Assembly: GCA_013115145.1 (NCBI GenBank)
Contig: JAAPAO010000408.1
Coordinates: forward strand, 1-32,152
Direction: 5' to 3'
Source: Perkinsus chesapeaki ATCC PRA-425
Lineage: Eukaryota > Protista > Perkinsozoa
DNA length: 32,152 nucleotides
Both the position numbers and the translations under genes were made by a program. Numbering within the stretch: the first letter of the stretch is position 1; the number at the start of each line of letters is the position of its first letter. Below the pieces are notes generated by a model. That model ran no database searches, was not told the DNA's origin, and saw only the letters and a program-made list of their open reading frames with translations. Below are positions 31,304 to 32,152 of this stretch, in pieces.

Positions 31304-31933
31304 ATGGCTACTCGACAGCCCCGCAGTTCTCCGGGACACGTACGTCCTCAGGGTTAGTATTATATTTCGAATAGTGGAGGTTGAGAACTTTGACTCTGGA
31401 CCTGTGCCTCATGGTTAAAGACTTTTCCGCGAGGTTCAGATCGCCTCTCTTAAGGCGCCGATCAATACGTCAACTTTACATTAACCTCACCGATCATGAA
31501 TAATCCATCATGGCTTCATGTACGGCTTCACAATGTAGGCTTGCATTACGAGCTTGGGGATATTGTACGCCTTCCAAATGCTGGTATAAATTATACCTTA
31601 TAATGTTTCTCGGTGATGTTAGTATTACTGTCCACCCGCGACCTGCCAATATCAATGAAATTGGAAACCCTTGCCTAAATCATCTACTATCGAATGGAGG
31701 TTCGATTCTGCTCGGCGTGGAGCTTAAAATTGAGCCTCTTTTTGACGTTTTGTAGGCTTACTGGGAACAGACAGCTTCGTGTCGTTCAACAACAGTCGTT
31801 GAGTACGTTGAGAGAGAATGTGTCCTTTTCATGGGAAATGAATGACCGATGCAAGACCCTTCACTCCAAAGAGAAGGAATGGCTTTCGTCATTCAATTTG
31901 GAGGTTCTTACGACCATTAACTTAACTCATTAA
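31304..31933 (+). pseudogene. Decayed paralog of 29422-30255
   Basis: Homologous blocks: MATRQPRSSPGHVRPQG, VENFDSGPVP, GADQYVNFT, NNPSWLHV, LGDIVRLPNA, FLGDVSITVHPR, FSWEMNDRCKTLH. The TM segment is deleted and there are several stops and frameshifts. Confidence 0.85.
31583..31604. other. +14 zigzag scar, one mismatch, inside the pseudogene (window GGTATAAT)
   Basis: g GTATAA a TTATAC c TTATAA t; removing 14 nt restores frame and length relative to the paralog. Confidence 0.8.
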
Positions 31934-31962
31934 GCCTCCTTAACGGCGTTAAGGAAGCTTAA
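31930..31962. repeat. 16-bp-arm palindrome with single G centre
   Basis: TTAAGC-c-TCCTTAACG-g-CGTTAAGGA-a-GCTTAA, one mismatch. Confidence 0.8.
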
Positions 31963-32152
31963 GATACGATGCCTAACGAAAACCAACGTAGTTCGCCGAG
32001 CGAACGATGTATGGCTTCGCGAACAGGATAGCCGAGTTACCAAAACTCGTTACGAGTTACGTAGCTTCAGTACTCAGGGTATGCTTCACACAACTTGCTT
32101 GTGTGTGCGTACACTTACGGGGTCACGCACGCATGCGTCGCCCTGCTCTGAT

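Noticed and set aside
31796-31813. TCGTTGAG-t-a-CGTTGAGA, fitting a minimal transversion footprint of a 9-bp window
   Set aside because: Only nine constrained bases (about 0.1 expected by chance in this window) and a single example.

Overview
Eukaryotic, intron-rich genomic DNA. The short GT-AG introns, small secreted-protein families and gene style suggest an alveolate such as Perkinsus (inference, not confirmed). Recognisable genes: Xaa-Pro dipeptidase/prolidase (+, ~0.9-4.3 kb), SLC37-type MFS sugar-phosphate transporter (+, 4.7-9.3 kb), DHX35-like DEAH helicase with an aberrant DDFH motif II (+, 10.1-16.1 kb), two paralogous ~140-aa secreted proteins (one frameshifted), a phospholipase B-like gene (-, 20.8-24.3 kb), a papain-family protease with a frameshift, and a membrane-protein ORF with a decayed tandem paralog. 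Two patterns are not explained by these genes. (1) A stereotyped 22-nt 'zigzag' scar around an 8-bp window T1..T8, of the form T1..T7, complement(T8), reverse complement(T2..T7), complement(T1), T2..T8 (+14 nt). It occurs 8 times perfectly, twice with one mismatch, and several times as a longer double-hairpin variant. It matches the hairpin-excision footprint expected from an 8-bp-TSD (hAT-like) transposon, and it frameshifts two genes. I saw no hAT element in the window. (2) Six antisense tRNA 3'-end relics (T-loop/B-box + exactly 13 nt, usually followed by a T-run), each with a different acceptor-like sequence, sit in introns of the first two genes, mostly next to splice sites. Exon boundaries were inferred by eye from protein homology and GT/AG sites; no database search was run.
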